Source: Nitrosopumilus sp. (lineage in GTDB: Archaea > Thermoproteota > Nitrososphaeria > Nitrososphaerales > Nitrosopumilaceae). Taken from it: a stretch of DNA of 64,000 nucleotides. Position 1 is the stretch's first letter. Each line of letters opens with the position of its first letter. Position numbers and translations under genes: made by a program. Location of the stretch: NCBI GenBank assembly GCA_963667665.2, contig OY763927.2, forward strand, positions 1,376,001 through 1,440,000, in the 5' to 3' direction. The notes beneath the pieces were generated by a model that did not search any database, was not told the DNA's origin, and saw only the letters and a list, made by a program, of their open reading frames with translations. Shown one piece after another: positions 1-10,173 of the stretch.

Positions 1-573
1 AACATTACAATCAAATTCATTTTTTAAAGTGGTAATACATTTTAGGTTAGCTTCTTCTAATTTCATTGGATAAGAGCTATTAGTATGCATTAATTCAAAA
101 GGGCAATTATTATCTCTAAAAATTTTAACTGCTTCTTTAATTTGATCCATGGAACTCATACCAGTTGAGATAAAGGTATGTTTTTTTTCTTCTGCAATTG
201 TTTTCAACAATTCTTTATCTGTTAATAATGCTGAAGCGACTTTATTATGATGTAAATCATATTGCCGCAAAAATAATTGACTATCAATATCCCAGGCAGA
301 AGCAAACCATTCTATTTTATTTTGTTTACAGTATTCATCAATATCATCATATTCATCTTTATTAAATTCCAATCCCAATTTCTGCTCCCTTGTAGTTTTA
401 CCCCAAGGACTTTCTCTAGGAGAATCTAAGACATCTTTTGAATATACCTTATCAATAGTTCTTTTCTGAAATTTTACAGCATCACAACCTGCTGTTTTTG
501 CTAAAAAAATTAGTTGTTTTGCGATGTCAACGCTACCATTATGATTAATTCCAATTTCAGCAATGATGAACAT
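1..573 (-). CDS. neuB: N-acetylneuraminate synthase (NeuB/SpsE) family protein, 3'-truncated by the window edge
   Basis: Manual translation from ATG at 573: MFIIAEIGINHNGSVDIAK...AGCDAVKFQ...KVASA...ISTGMS...HTNSSYP, typical NeuB motifs. Confidence 0.88.
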   Translation of the reverse strand, partial: MFIIAEIGINHNGSVDIAKQLIFLAKTAGCDAVKFQKRTIDKVYSKDVLDSPRESPWGKTTREQKLGLEFNKDEYDDIDEYCKQNKIEWFASAWDIDSQLFLRQYDLHHNKVASALLTDKELLKTIAEEKKHTFISTGMSSMDQIKEAVKIFRDNNCPFELMHTNSSYPMKLEEANLKCITTLKNEFDCNV

Positions 574-599
574 CAATAATCATTTTTATCAAAACAAAT

Positions 600-1124
600 C
601 TACTTTATATTTTGTACTGATAGAATCATATCAGCTATTTCTCGAAATGCTCCTTCACCGCCTCTTTTTTTACAAACATAATGACAGTTTTTTTTCAACT
701 CTTCAATTCCGTCGTTAGGAGTAGCAGAAAATCCAACTATTTTTAATAGACCAAAATCATTTACATCATCACCTATATAGGCAACTTCGTTTGAATTGAC
801 CTTGAAATCTTTACAGATTTTTTTTAATACAAGTTCTTTATTTGTTATACCATCAAAAAGTTTTTGAATTTTCATTTTTTTAGCCCATTGTTTTATAATT
901 TCATTTTTTTCCTTAGTTACAATTATTGAAGGAATCTCATTTTTTCTAAGTAACGTTACTCCCATTCCATCACGTGTAAAAAATTTTTTCATGATGTCAC
1001 CTTTTGAAGAATAATACATTCCTCCATCTGTTAAGACACCATCAACATCAGTCATGACAATTTTTATTTTCTTACATTTTGATGCTATAGTAGAACGCAT
1101 TATTAGATATTGAAAAATCATCAA
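600..1124 (-). CDS. kdsC: KdsC-family HAD phosphatase (KDO-8-P/KDN-9-P phosphatase-like); real start probably ATG at 1100
   Basis: DVDGVLTDG, RDGMG, YIGDDVND and GGEGAFRE motifs. Confidence 0.88.
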   Translation of the reverse strand: MMIFQYLIMRSTIASKCKKIKIVMTDVDGVLTDGGMYYSSKGDIMKKFFTRDGMGVTLLRKNEIPSIIVTKEKNEIIKQWAKKMKIQKLFDGITNKELVLKKICKDFKVNSNEVAYIGDDVNDFGLLKIVGFSATPNDGIEELKKNCHYVCKKRGGEGAFREIADMILSVQNIK

Positions 1125-1156
1125 TATTATTATATCAACCTGTAAAAATTACAGTT

Positions 1157-1603
1157 ATGACAAAAGCAGTTAAAGAAACTAGGCATATTGGAATTGCTGT
1201 GACAAACATGGAAAAATCACTTTACTTTTACCGTGATCTTTTGGGATTAGAAATTGTTCGAGAAATGGATGAATCTGGTGAATATATTGATAACATGTTA
1301 TCCATTAATAATGTAAATGTAAAAACTGTAAAAATGTCTGTAAACAATGGGATTACATTAATTGAACTGCTTGAGTTTAAATCGCATCCAAAAGAAAATC
1401 AACAAAGAGAAATTTATGATATTGGAGCATCTCATGTTGCATTTACTGTAGAAAATCTTAATGAAATGTATGAATATTTACTTAAATCAGGAGTAGAATT
1501 TAATGCTCCTCCTCAAACATCGCCAGATAAATTTGCGAAAGTAACTTTTTGTAAAGATCCAGATGGAACTCCTATAGAATTAGTAGAAGTTATAGGAAAT
1601 TAA
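1157..1603 (+). CDS. VOC (glyoxalase/methylmalonyl-CoA epimerase-like) family protein
   Basis: HIGIAV..FYRDLLG, IELLE, HVAF, DPDGTPIELVE. Confidence 0.85.
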   Translation: MTKAVKETRHIGIAVTNMEKSLYFYRDLLGLEIVREMDESGEYIDNMLSINNVNVKTVKMSVNNGITLIELLEFKSHPKENQQREIYDIGASHVAFTVENLNEMYEYLLKSGVEFNAPPQTSPDKFAKVTFCKDPDGTPIELVEVIGN

Positions 1604-1644
1604 TTAAGGAAAAGCTGATTAATGTCTAATTAATTACTAAAAAA

Positions 1645-2412
1645 ATGGAAGATATTTTTTCAATTAAAGATAAAGTAATCATCATAACAGGAGCTGGTAA
1701 AGGTATTGGTAAATTTCTTGCAATGAATATGGCAAAACAGTCAGCTATAGTATATGGAATTGATCTAAAATTTTCTAAAAAAGTTCCAGAAAACCTTTCA
1801 GACAAGTATTATCAAATAAATTGTGATATAACTAAAAATTTGAAGTTTCAAAAAATTTGTAAGATGATTTTTGAAAAACATAAAAAAATAGATGCATTAA
1901 TAAATAATGCAGGAATTTCATTGCCCAGTAAAAAAAATACATTTTATTCTGAAAAAAACTGGAATACTACTCTAAAAATTAATTTAACAGCTCACTTCAA
2001 TTGTAGTCAATCTGTATTAAAATATATGAAAAAAAATAATGATGGTTCAATTGTTAACATTACAAGTCTTAATGCAAAGTTAGGATTTCCAAACAACCCT
2101 GCTTACGTAGCAGCAAAAGGAGGACTAAAAATGCTAGGAAAATCTTTAGCTAGAGATTGGGGAACATTTGGTATTAGAGTAAACAATCTTGGTCCAGGAT
2201 ATATCAAAACAGATATGACAAAGAAAAGTTTCAATAACTTAAAAATTAGAAAAATTAGAGAAAAACGTACAATGTTAGGTAAATGGGGAGAAATAAAAGA
2301 TCTTTTAGGTCCATGTATTTTTTTAATTAGTAATGCTTCAAACTACATTACTGGACAAGACCTCTATGTTGATGGAGGATGGATTTCAAATGGGCTGTCA
2401 AATGAAGATTAG
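1645..2412 (+). CDS. SDR family oxidoreductase
   Basis: TGAGKGIG, NNAG, YVAAK, DLYVDGG. Confidence 0.9.
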   Translation: MEDIFSIKDKVIIITGAGKGIGKFLAMNMAKQSAIVYGIDLKFSKKVPENLSDKYYQINCDITKNLKFQKICKMIFEKHKKIDALINNAGISLPSKKNTFYSEKNWNTTLKINLTAHFNCSQSVLKYMKKNNDGSIVNITSLNAKLGFPNNPAYVAAKGGLKMLGKSLARDWGTFGIRVNNLGPGYIKTDMTKKSFNNLKIRKIREKRTMLGKWGEIKDLLGPCIFLISNASNYITGQDLYVDGGWISNGLSNED

Positions 2413-2446
2413 ATTAATGTAACCAAACAAGATTTAATGGATTAAG

Positions 2447-3229
2447 ATGAACGTAGATATTTTTATCCCAGCAAGACTTGGTAGTTCAAGATTACCAGAG
2501 AAGCATTTTAAAAAAATTGATGGTCAACCTGTAATAAAATATTTAATTGAACGATTAAAATCTACAAAAAAAATTAGAAACATAGTTGTCTGTACAACTA
2601 ATTTGAAATCAGATGATCCATTAGTTGAGTTTCTTGAAAAAGAAGAAATCTTGTATTATAGAGGAAATTCTAAAGATATACTAGTACGATTTTTAGATGC
2701 ATCTAAAAAATTTAACACGGATATTATTGTAGATGTAGAAGGAGACAAAATTTACACTGATCCTATCTTTGTAGACAAAATAGTAGAAAAGATGATTAAT
2801 TCAGATATTGACTATCTTGAAGGTAAGAGTTCAAATGAAAACGAACCAGTTCATGGAATTCATGGAGTGATTCCAGCAGGAATTAGAGTTAGTATTTTAG
2901 AAAAAATATGTAATCTCAAGAAAACAAACAACACTGAAACAGGATATAGAGAATTTTTTATAAATAATAAAATTGTTAAATGTGGATTTCTTTTGCTTGA
3001 TTCAGAAATTAAATTTCCTAAAAATATTCGGTTAACACTAGACTATCCTGAAGACTTAGAACTAGCAAAAAATGTTTTTAAAGAATTGGGAAATAATTTC
3101 CATCTTTCAGATATTTTAAATTTATTTAATAAAAAACCGGAATTGTTGAAAATTACTGAACCACTGATAAAAAAATGGGAGAAAGAATATAAAAAAAATC
3201 TGACAAATTTTTCCTTAACAAAAAAATAG
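2447..3229 (+). CDS. SpsF/KdsB-like cytidylyltransferase
   Basis: IPARLGSSRLPEK N-terminus, RLTLDYPEDL. Confidence 0.85.
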   Translation: MNVDIFIPARLGSSRLPEKHFKKIDGQPVIKYLIERLKSTKKIRNIVVCTTNLKSDDPLVEFLEKEEILYYRGNSKDILVRFLDASKKFNTDIIVDVEGDKIYTDPIFVDKIVEKMINSDIDYLEGKSSNENEPVHGIHGVIPAGIRVSILEKICNLKKTNNTETGYREFFINNKIVKCGFLLLDSEIKFPKNIRLTLDYPEDLELAKNVFKELGNNFHLSDILNLFNKKPELLKITEPLIKKWEKEYKKNLTNFSLTKK

Positions 3230-3248
3230 AATAATTAATTTTTTATTC

Positions 3249-4247
3249 TTATAATTTTTTAAAAATTGCATTGACCTTAAATCCCATACCTAACTCACAG
3301 ACTTTTTTGGCATCAAATAAATCAGTCATAAGTTTTGAATTACCATATTCAGGATTTTTAAAGTTTAACCAATTTGAAATCCAATTTAATTCAGAAACAT
3401 AAGATTCAGCATGAATTAATTCATAGTCAGACATTAGTAATTTTAATTGATTAATTCCATAATGCATTGTATGATGTGGCCCAATGAAGATGGGGGATTT
3501 ATCATGCATTATTCTAGCAGAAAGACTATCACGATTATTTATTGCAAAAAAGAAAAGACCACCTTTACGAAGATATTTTGTTAAATTTTTAATAACTTGA
3601 TGGGGATTTAAAACATGATCAATGTAATCCCAACAGGTAATGAGATCAAAAGTATTATCAAAATTGATTCTTTCAAGATTATCATTTAATACTTCATGTC
3701 CTTTCTTTTGTGCAACTTTTCTTAAAGGAGTATGATATTCATGACCAATTATAGAATATTTTTCAGTAGCCCAGTCTAAAAAAGTTCCTGATTGGCTTCC
3801 AAAATCAAAAATATTTTTAATTTCTGTATGTTTATTGAGTTCTTCAAAAATAATTTCAAATTTTGTTCTATCTAGTTCATTGACAAATTTATTTTCTTTA
3901 TATTCTCCATAAGCATCACCTTCACCACCTTCTTCCATATAGGGTAATTTTGATTCATCAATTATTTGGAGTGTAAAAATTAAGTCACAAGAATCACACA
4001 ACATGTGATCAAATCCTTGTTTTTCAAATAGAAATTCAATCACTTCAGATTCACATAAAGGACAATTATCTCTAATTATCGTAAATTTAGATTTTACTTT
4101 TTTTGTGAAAGGATCAATATATTTCGAAAGTTCTGATTCACGTTTTGTGAGAGATAAATTTTCATAATTGGATATTTTTGAAATCATTTCTTCTCTAGTA
4201 AATTTATTAGATAAAGAATAGACTTCATCAAGTTTAGAGCGCTGCAT
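3249..4247 (-). CDS. Class I SAM-dependent methyltransferase with N-terminal CxxC/CxxC motifs
   Basis: CPLC..CDSC; FDFGSQSG; FDLITCWDYIDHV; LRKGG. Confidence 0.8.
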   Translation of the reverse strand: MQRSKLDEVYSLSNKFTREEMISKISNYENLSLTKRESELSKYIDPFTKKVKSKFTIIRDNCPLCESEVIEFLFEKQGFDHMLCDSCDLIFTLQIIDESKLPYMEEGGEGDAYGEYKENKFVNELDRTKFEIIFEELNKHTEIKNIFDFGSQSGTFLDWATEKYSIIGHEYHTPLRKVAQKKGHEVLNDNLERINFDNTFDLITCWDYIDHVLNPHQVIKNLTKYLRKGGLFFFAINNRDSLSARIMHDKSPIFIGPHHTMHYGINQLKLLMSDYELIHAESYVSELNWISNWLNFKNPEYGNSKLMTDLFDAKKVCELGMGFKVNAIFKKL

Positions 4248-4297
4248 GTTCTATCAAAAAAATTCGTAGTATTTAATCATACTCTAAAATATTCAAA

Positions 4298-5599
4298 TTA
4301 AGAATTATTCTTTTTCCCTTCAATTTTTTTTAAGATTATAGCACATAATCTTTCAGAAGATTTTCCATCGTCACTGTAGAAATATTTTTTAATAAATGCA
4401 TCAGTTTTTTTAGAATTACCTGCAGGATTTGAATCATAGGCAGATCTAATTTGTGCGACAATTTGAGCTGGATCATTAACTCTTAGTGCAAGTTCATGAT
4501 TGATTAATTTGCTAGTTAGGGCATTGAAAAAATCACAAAGAACCATAGGTTTTTGAAGAATCAATGCATGAACTAATACAAAAGATAAACTTACATTAGA
4601 AATTACAACATCAGCATCATCTAAGAATTGTGAGATATCTCCATTTTGATGAATTGGAACTGTGGGATCAATATCATGTAATAATTTTTCATATTCATAT
4701 AACATCTGTGCAGTTGGATGGATTTTTACCGTTAATGACATGTCATCTTGATTAGTTATTTGTTTCACAATCTCTTGAAAATTATAATCTCTTTCCTGAC
4801 GAGTCCATATTCCTACTTCATAAATTTGTGCAGGCATATATAAAATCCTGATTTTATCATGAATTCTTTTAATTGGTTTATTCTTTTTTATAAATTCAAA
4901 AGCTGTATCATGTACTGGACTTCCGATCACAAAAATATTTTCTTTATGGTAACCCTTCTCTAGCATAGTTTCAACTTGTTCATCACTAGGTAACCAATGA
5001 ATATCATTTTCAAATCTAGAATCATAAAATGGTCGTTTTTGGATAAATTGAATTTTGAAAATTAATACTATTAATGAGATTCTTTTAAAAAAAGAAAAAT
5101 TACATGCTTTTAATGTTTTAAAAAGAAATTGAAATTTGTAAACTAAAAACAAACCTCTTCTGAAAGGTTTTCTTTCTGATTTTGAAGTATCAGTTTGAAT
5201 TGATGAATGGAAAAATTTTGAAAAATAGGCTCTAATCTTTCTGAAGGCACTAATATGTTGAAGAAATTCTTTATCCATTCTTGTAACGCTAATTTTATTT
5301 CTAAAATTACCAGCAAAGTTTAACGTAAAATCTATTAAACTTGGAGGCTCATGATCAATTATTACATCAGGTTCAACTTCATCAATTATCTCTAATCCAT
5401 TATTGTAGTCATTAATATCCAAAATAATTTCATTACCAGTAGATGTTTTATCGATTTTATTTGGTCGATATACTAACCAGTAAATTTTTACATCAAAATT
5501 TTTTTCAAAAACTTTAGCGATATTTCTTGTCAATAATGTTGTTCTGTGATTAACTGAAGGTAAATGATGGATAGATGTAAGAATTTTGATTGAATCCAT
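4298..5599 (-). CDS. GT-B fold surface-polysaccharide protein (CDP-glycerol glycerophosphotransferase/UDP-GlcNAc 2-epimerase-like C-terminus)
   Basis: IFVIGSP, VKIHP, DVVIS..S, DGKSSER motifs; island context. Confidence 0.55.
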   Translation of the reverse strand: MDSIKILTSIHHLPSVNHRTTLLTRNIAKVFEKNFDVKIYWLVYRPNKIDKTSTGNEIILDINDYNNGLEIIDEVEPDVIIDHEPPSLIDFTLNFAGNFRNKISVTRMDKEFLQHISAFRKIRAYFSKFFHSSIQTDTSKSERKPFRRGLFLVYKFQFLFKTLKACNFSFFKRISLIVLIFKIQFIQKRPFYDSRFENDIHWLPSDEQVETMLEKGYHKENIFVIGSPVHDTAFEFIKKNKPIKRIHDKIRILYMPAQIYEVGIWTRQERDYNFQEIVKQITNQDDMSLTVKIHPTAQMLYEYEKLLHDIDPTVPIHQNGDISQFLDDADVVISNVSLSFVLVHALILQKPMVLCDFFNALTSKLINHELALRVNDPAQIVAQIRSAYDSNPAGNSKKTDAFIKKYFYSDDGKSSERLCAIILKKIEGKKNNS

Positions 5600-5648
5600 T
5601 TACTAAAAAAGAATTAAATTGAATATATAGACTTGTATATTTGATTAA

Positions 5649-6506
5649 TTATTTTATTGCTTCAACATAAAATGAATAATTAGGATTATTTTTATCAAAA
5701 AGTTTTCCTCTAAATTCTTTAAATTCACTACCTTGAAAGCTTGATGAATAAATTTTCTTAAAACCAGATTCTTTCAATAATTTTTCTAATTTAGAAAAAG
5801 TGTACCAATTAACATGAGGTACATTTCCTTGTTCATGGATCTCATCATCAGAGATTTGATTAGTAAAATAATTAGCAAATTCATCTATAAGCATAGAATT
5901 CAACATATCACGAAGTTTTTCTGCTGAGAATTTTTTCTTTAAAGGTTTTGCAAAGAAATGTAAAAATCGTTCTTCAATGGAACCATGACTAGAAGGATAG
6001 ACATAATCAAAATCATTATCCAAGAAAGCTTTTACAGCTATTTCAAAATCAGGTAAAACAAATCGTACAACACCATCAGGTTTTAAACATCTGAAAATTT
6101 CACTAAAAACATATGGGATATGTTTTTGCTGAACATGTTCTAAAGAATGAGATGTAAAGAAAAATGATACAGAATCATCATTAAAAGGAAATGGTGTATG
6201 ACTTGTAAAATTATAATTGTAATCTATTGTTCCAAAACTATGATATTTTGTTTCAAAATCTAAATTTTTCCAATGTCTTCTAAGAACATTACCAGAACCT
6301 AAATCAACCATTAGTTTTTTCTTATCTGTATCTTTATCAATTATTTTAAAAATTTGTTTTTTCAAAACTCTAAGATTACTTGGAATGTAAATAGGTCGTA
6401 CAATTTTGTATAATCGTGGATGTTGGACTACCCATGATTTTAACTTCCAGAAATAAGAATAATGAGGTGGAGTCAATTTATTTTCTGGGGATACTGATTT
6501 TTTCAA
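5649..6506 (-). CDS. Methyltransferase (Methyltransf_11-like)
   Basis: VDLGSG, PFNDDSV..FTSHSLEH, RCLKPDG..PD. Confidence 0.8.
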   Translation of the reverse strand: MKKSVSPENKLTPPHYSYFWKLKSWVVQHPRLYKIVRPIYIPSNLRVLKKQIFKIIDKDTDKKKLMVDLGSGNVLRRHWKNLDFETKYHSFGTIDYNYNFTSHTPFPFNDDSVSFFFTSHSLEHVQQKHIPYVFSEIFRCLKPDGVVRFVLPDFEIAVKAFLDNDFDYVYPSSHGSIEERFLHFFAKPLKKKFSAEKLRDMLNSMLIDEFANYFTNQISDDEIHEQGNVPHVNWYTFSKLEKLLKESGFKKIYSSSFQGSEFKEFRGKLFDKNNPNYSFYVEAIK

Positions 6507-6767
6507 ATTCTTAATACGAAATGGGAATTAGCATGGTTATAAATATTAAAAATTGAAAAAATAGTTCAGGTCTTATTTAAAAATTAAAGTAGATTCAAGG
6601 AATTTATGTGGTGAATAAAAACCAGATTATCTCTTAAAGAAATTATTGAAAACATAAGAGATTCAGAATATATACAATTTATTTTACTATCAATAATACA
6701 ACATCAAAAATTAAGATTTTTTAAACTAATTGTAAATATTCTTATGGGAAATTACTAAGTCAATATT

Positions 6768-7583
6768 GTGGAAGAGTTAATATCTGTAATTATACCAGTT
6801 TGGAAACCTCATTTTGAGCAATTAAAAATTTGTATTGAATCAATAGTAAATCAGACATACAAGAATTTAGAAATTATCATATCATATAGAAATGAGAATG
6901 CATTTGATGAAAAATTTTTCAGAATGATTAATGAATTTAATGATTCTAGAATAAAAATAATTTTAAATAAAAAAAAAGGATTCACTAATGCTCTAAATGA
7001 AGCAGTAGTATACGCAAGTGGTAAATATATTGCAAGAATGGATGCAGATGATTCTTGTAAAGTAGATAGGATTGAAAAACAAATGGAGTTTAAAAAACAT
7101 CATGATTATGATATTGTTGGAACATGGGGGAAAATTATATCAGAAGAAGGAAAGATTATAGGTAGTATTCAAGTTCCTATTTCAAACACAGAAATAAGGA
7201 AAAAAATAATTTTACATAATCCTATTTTACATCCATCAGTTTTAATGGATAAGAAAATTTTTGAGGATATTGGGTTATATGATACATCATTTGCACATGC
7301 AGAAGATTATGAATTATGGACTAGAGCTATAAAAAATAATTTACAAATAGGAAATATACCAGAATATTTAACATCAATTAGAGAAGCAAAAAATTCTAGA
7401 ACAAGAGGAGAAGAGTGGAGAGAACACAGAAAATACAATATTAAAGTCAAAAGTAAAGCAATAAATCAATATGGATTTAGGAAACCAACAGATATCTTTT
7501 ATTATGTAATTTCACTATTTTCTTATTTTGTATCACCAAAATATGCACTAACAGCAAAAAAAATTACTGGATGGTACAAATAA
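6768..7583 (+). CDS. GT2 family glycosyltransferase
   Basis: ISVIIPV, YIARMDADD, AEDYELW. Confidence 0.9.
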   Translation: MEELISVIIPVWKPHFEQLKICIESIVNQTYKNLEIIISYRNENAFDEKFFRMINEFNDSRIKIILNKKKGFTNALNEAVVYASGKYIARMDADDSCKVDRIEKQMEFKKHHDYDIVGTWGKIISEEGKIIGSIQVPISNTEIRKKIILHNPILHPSVLMDKKIFEDIGLYDTSFAHAEDYELWTRAIKNNLQIGNIPEYLTSIREAKNSRTRGEEWREHRKYNIKVKSKAINQYGFRKPTDIFYYVISLFSYFVSPKYALTAKKITGWYK

Positions 7584-7627
7584 ACAGTAATAAAAATAAA
7601 ATTATTTTTAGAATAAGATATAAAAAA

Positions 7628-8605
7628 TTAAAATTTGGAAATTAATTGGATTGTTCCTTTATTTTCAAAATTTAATTTTAGTTCAGTTAGTTCTTTTAAG
7701 GAAGTTCTAACTTTTGAATGATATTTTTTTTCACAATAAAAAGTCAGAAATCCACCATATCCACCACCATTTAATTTCCCACCAAGAGCACCAGAATCAA
7801 TAGCTTTCTTGTAAAAGGAATCAACGGTAGGGTTAGAGATAAAAGGAGAAAGTTTCTTTTTTTCTGTCCAAGCGTCATCAAGTAATATACCAAATTGTGT
7901 TAGATCACCAGACTTGAGCAGATCAAGTCCCAAATCTGCTTGTTCCCTAATTTTTAATAAATTCTTAAAATTTTGTGGAATATTTTTCTTTTGATATGAA
8001 AGAGACTTGGAGCTTTTCCTTCTAATACCAGTATAGAAACATAAAATATTTTCTTCCAATTCAGAGAGAATTTTGTTTGAGATATTTACTTTTGATACTT
8101 TAACTGTTCGATCAGAATTAAATTTTATGTAACTTAGTCCACCAAAAGATGCAAAATACTGATCTTGTTTACCAATAGGTTCCTTCAATTTATTAATTTC
8201 AATATCAGAAGAGTTTTTTGCAAGATAATGTTTACTTGGTCGTTTTTTACTAAATAGTCCTAACGTATGTAATATTCCCACCATAGTAGAACTAGAAGAC
8301 CCCAATCCTGTTCCAGTACCAGGAACATCAGCTATTGTAACAAGTTCTAAACCATTTTTGATTTTATAGTGTAATAGACCCTCTCGAATTAATGGATGTT
8401 GTATTTTTGAACTATTTTTTACAATTTCAGTTTTTGAATAACTAGCCCTTATTTCAGATTCAAATCTGGAATTTGCTAATACATAAACATACTTGTCTAT
8501 AGTAGTTCCAATTACTGCGCCATAATCCTTTTTATAAAAATCATAGAAATCAGTTCCGCCACCAAAAAAACTAATTCGGAGGGGGGTACGTGTAACAATC
8601 AACAA
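7628..8605 (-). CDS. hddA: D-glycero-alpha-D-manno-heptose-7-phosphate kinase (GHMP family)
   Basis: RTPLRISFFGGGTD, GTGLGSSS, GKQDQY, GGKLNGGGYGG. Confidence 0.85.
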   Translation of the reverse strand: MLIVTRTPLRISFFGGGTDFYDFYKKDYGAVIGTTIDKYVYVLANSRFESEIRASYSKTEIVKNSSKIQHPLIREGLLHYKIKNGLELVTIADVPGTGTGLGSSSSTMVGILHTLGLFSKKRPSKHYLAKNSSDIEINKLKEPIGKQDQYFASFGGLSYIKFNSDRTVKVSKVNISNKILSELEENILCFYTGIRRKSSKSLSYQKKNIPQNFKNLLKIREQADLGLDLLKSGDLTQFGILLDDAWTEKKKLSPFISNPTVDSFYKKAIDSGALGGKLNGGGYGGFLTFYCEKKYHSKVRTSLKELTELKLNFENKGTIQLISKF

Positions 8606-9547
8606 TTACTCTGGTTTAATTGATCTTATAGCCTCTAAAATACATTCTTTAGATGTTAGAGTTGGTTTCCATCCCAAATGCTTTAATTTTTTATTTGATA
8701 GATACATTTTTGGGACATCACCTTTCCAACCTCCTTTACCACCAGTAAAAGTTAGTTTTGTTCCATAGCCTAATTCCTTTACAAACAGTTTTGCAATTTG
8801 TCTAATTTTGATTTTATCATCATTTCCTAAATTATATACAAAGATAGAATTGTTAGTTTTTTGTGTTTTTTTAATAACAAATAACATTGCATCAACAAGT
8901 AATGTATTCGTTAAATATGATTTTTCTTGGTTTCCATCACCAAGAACTACAAGTGTTTTTTTATTTTTTTTTATTTTTTTGGAAAAATCAAAAATAATTC
9001 CATGAGTTGCAGGTTTTCCAGTGATATTAGCAAGACGAAAAATCCAGCTTTTTATGTTAAATAGATAAGCATATGATGAGATATAAGCCTCACATGCAAG
9101 TTTAGAAGCACCATATAATGAAATAGGAAGAGATGGACCATAATTTTCATCTGTTGGATATTCAGAAGGCAATCCAAAAACAGTTGAAGACGAGGTAAAT
9201 GCAAGTTTAGAAATTTTATTTTTTGACATTGCGTCTAAAACATTAATTGTTCCAATAGTATTGATATTTAGATCAAGTCGTTTGTCCATAGTACCTTGTC
9301 GAATATCAGGATTAGCTGCTAAATGAAAAACAAAATCACAATTTTTCATAGACTTTTCAAGTTTTTTAGAATCTAAAATATCACCTTTAATAAATTGAAA
9401 ATTCGTATTTTTTTTAAAATCGTCTAAAAAATTTAGATTTCCAGAGCTTAGGTTATCATAAACAATAATTTTATGATTATTTTTTATTAGTTGTTTTACT
9501 AAAGCAGATCCTATAAACCCAGTACCGCCAGTTACAAAATATTTCAT
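8606..9547 (-). CDS. NAD-dependent nucleotide-sugar epimerase/dehydratase
   Basis: TGGTGFIG, YGASK, GWKGDVP. Confidence 0.9.
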   Translation of the reverse strand: MKYFVTGGTGFIGSALVKQLIKNNHKIIVYDNLSSGNLNFLDDFKKNTNFQFIKGDILDSKKLEKSMKNCDFVFHLAANPDIRQGTMDKRLDLNINTIGTINVLDAMSKNKISKLAFTSSSTVFGLPSEYPTDENYGPSLPISLYGASKLACEAYISSYAYLFNIKSWIFRLANITGKPATHGIIFDFSKKIKKNKKTLVVLGDGNQEKSYLTNTLLVDAMLFVIKKTQKTNNSIFVYNLGNDDKIKIRQIAKLFVKELGYGTKLTFTGGKGGWKGDVPKMYLSNKKLKHLGWKPTLTSKECILEAIRSIKPE

Positions 9548-10128
9548 TTGTAATCTTTTCCTCCTCTAAATAGAGTCACAAGTATATGGTTAAGCATTAA
9601 ATGAAGATCCTCAATTCTGTACATTGAATTAGCAGGAATAATTATACATTCATCACAAAGTGTTTTCAGTTTCCCGCCATTAAAACCTGTAAAACCAATT
9701 ACTTTACCTTTCTTATTTTTAGCATATTTTGCAGCTTTAATTACATTTGAAGAGTTTCCACTACCACTAATGATTAATAATACATCAGAAGGATTAAAGA
9801 AATTCTTTAATTGTTCAACGAAAATATCATCATATTTAATATCATTTCCTAAAGCAGTAATTATTGGGATATTATCTGTAAGTGAGATAGTTCTAAATCT
9901 TTTTTTTCCAGTCATGCTAGATGTTTTATTCAGATCACATAACATGTGAGATGCCGTTGAGGCACTACCTCCATTTCCACAAATAAAAATATTATTTCCA
10001 TTTTTTTTTGTTTTTTCTAAAATATTAAATATTTTTTCAATTAGAACTTGTTGTGTTTTCAATTTCTCAATACTTTGAATGGAATCATCAAGATAATTTA
10101 GAATAATTTTAGAATTTTTTAAAGTCAT
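9544..10128 (-). CDS. gmhA: Phosphoheptose isomerase (SIS domain)
   Basis: ICGNGGSASTASH, ISGSGNSSNV, IEDLHL. Confidence 0.88.
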   Translation of the reverse strand: MTLKNSKIILNYLDDSIQSIEKLKTQQVLIEKIFNILEKTKKNGNNIFICGNGGSASTASHMLCDLNKTSSMTGKKRFRTISLTDNIPIITALGNDIKYDDIFVEQLKNFFNPSDVLLIISGSGNSSNVIKAAKYAKNKKGKVIGFTGFNGGKLKTLCDECIIIPANSMYRIEDLHLMLNHILVTLFRGGKDYK

Positions 10129-10173
10129 TTAGAATATCAGATACAGATCACATATTTCAACATATGTTTAAAG

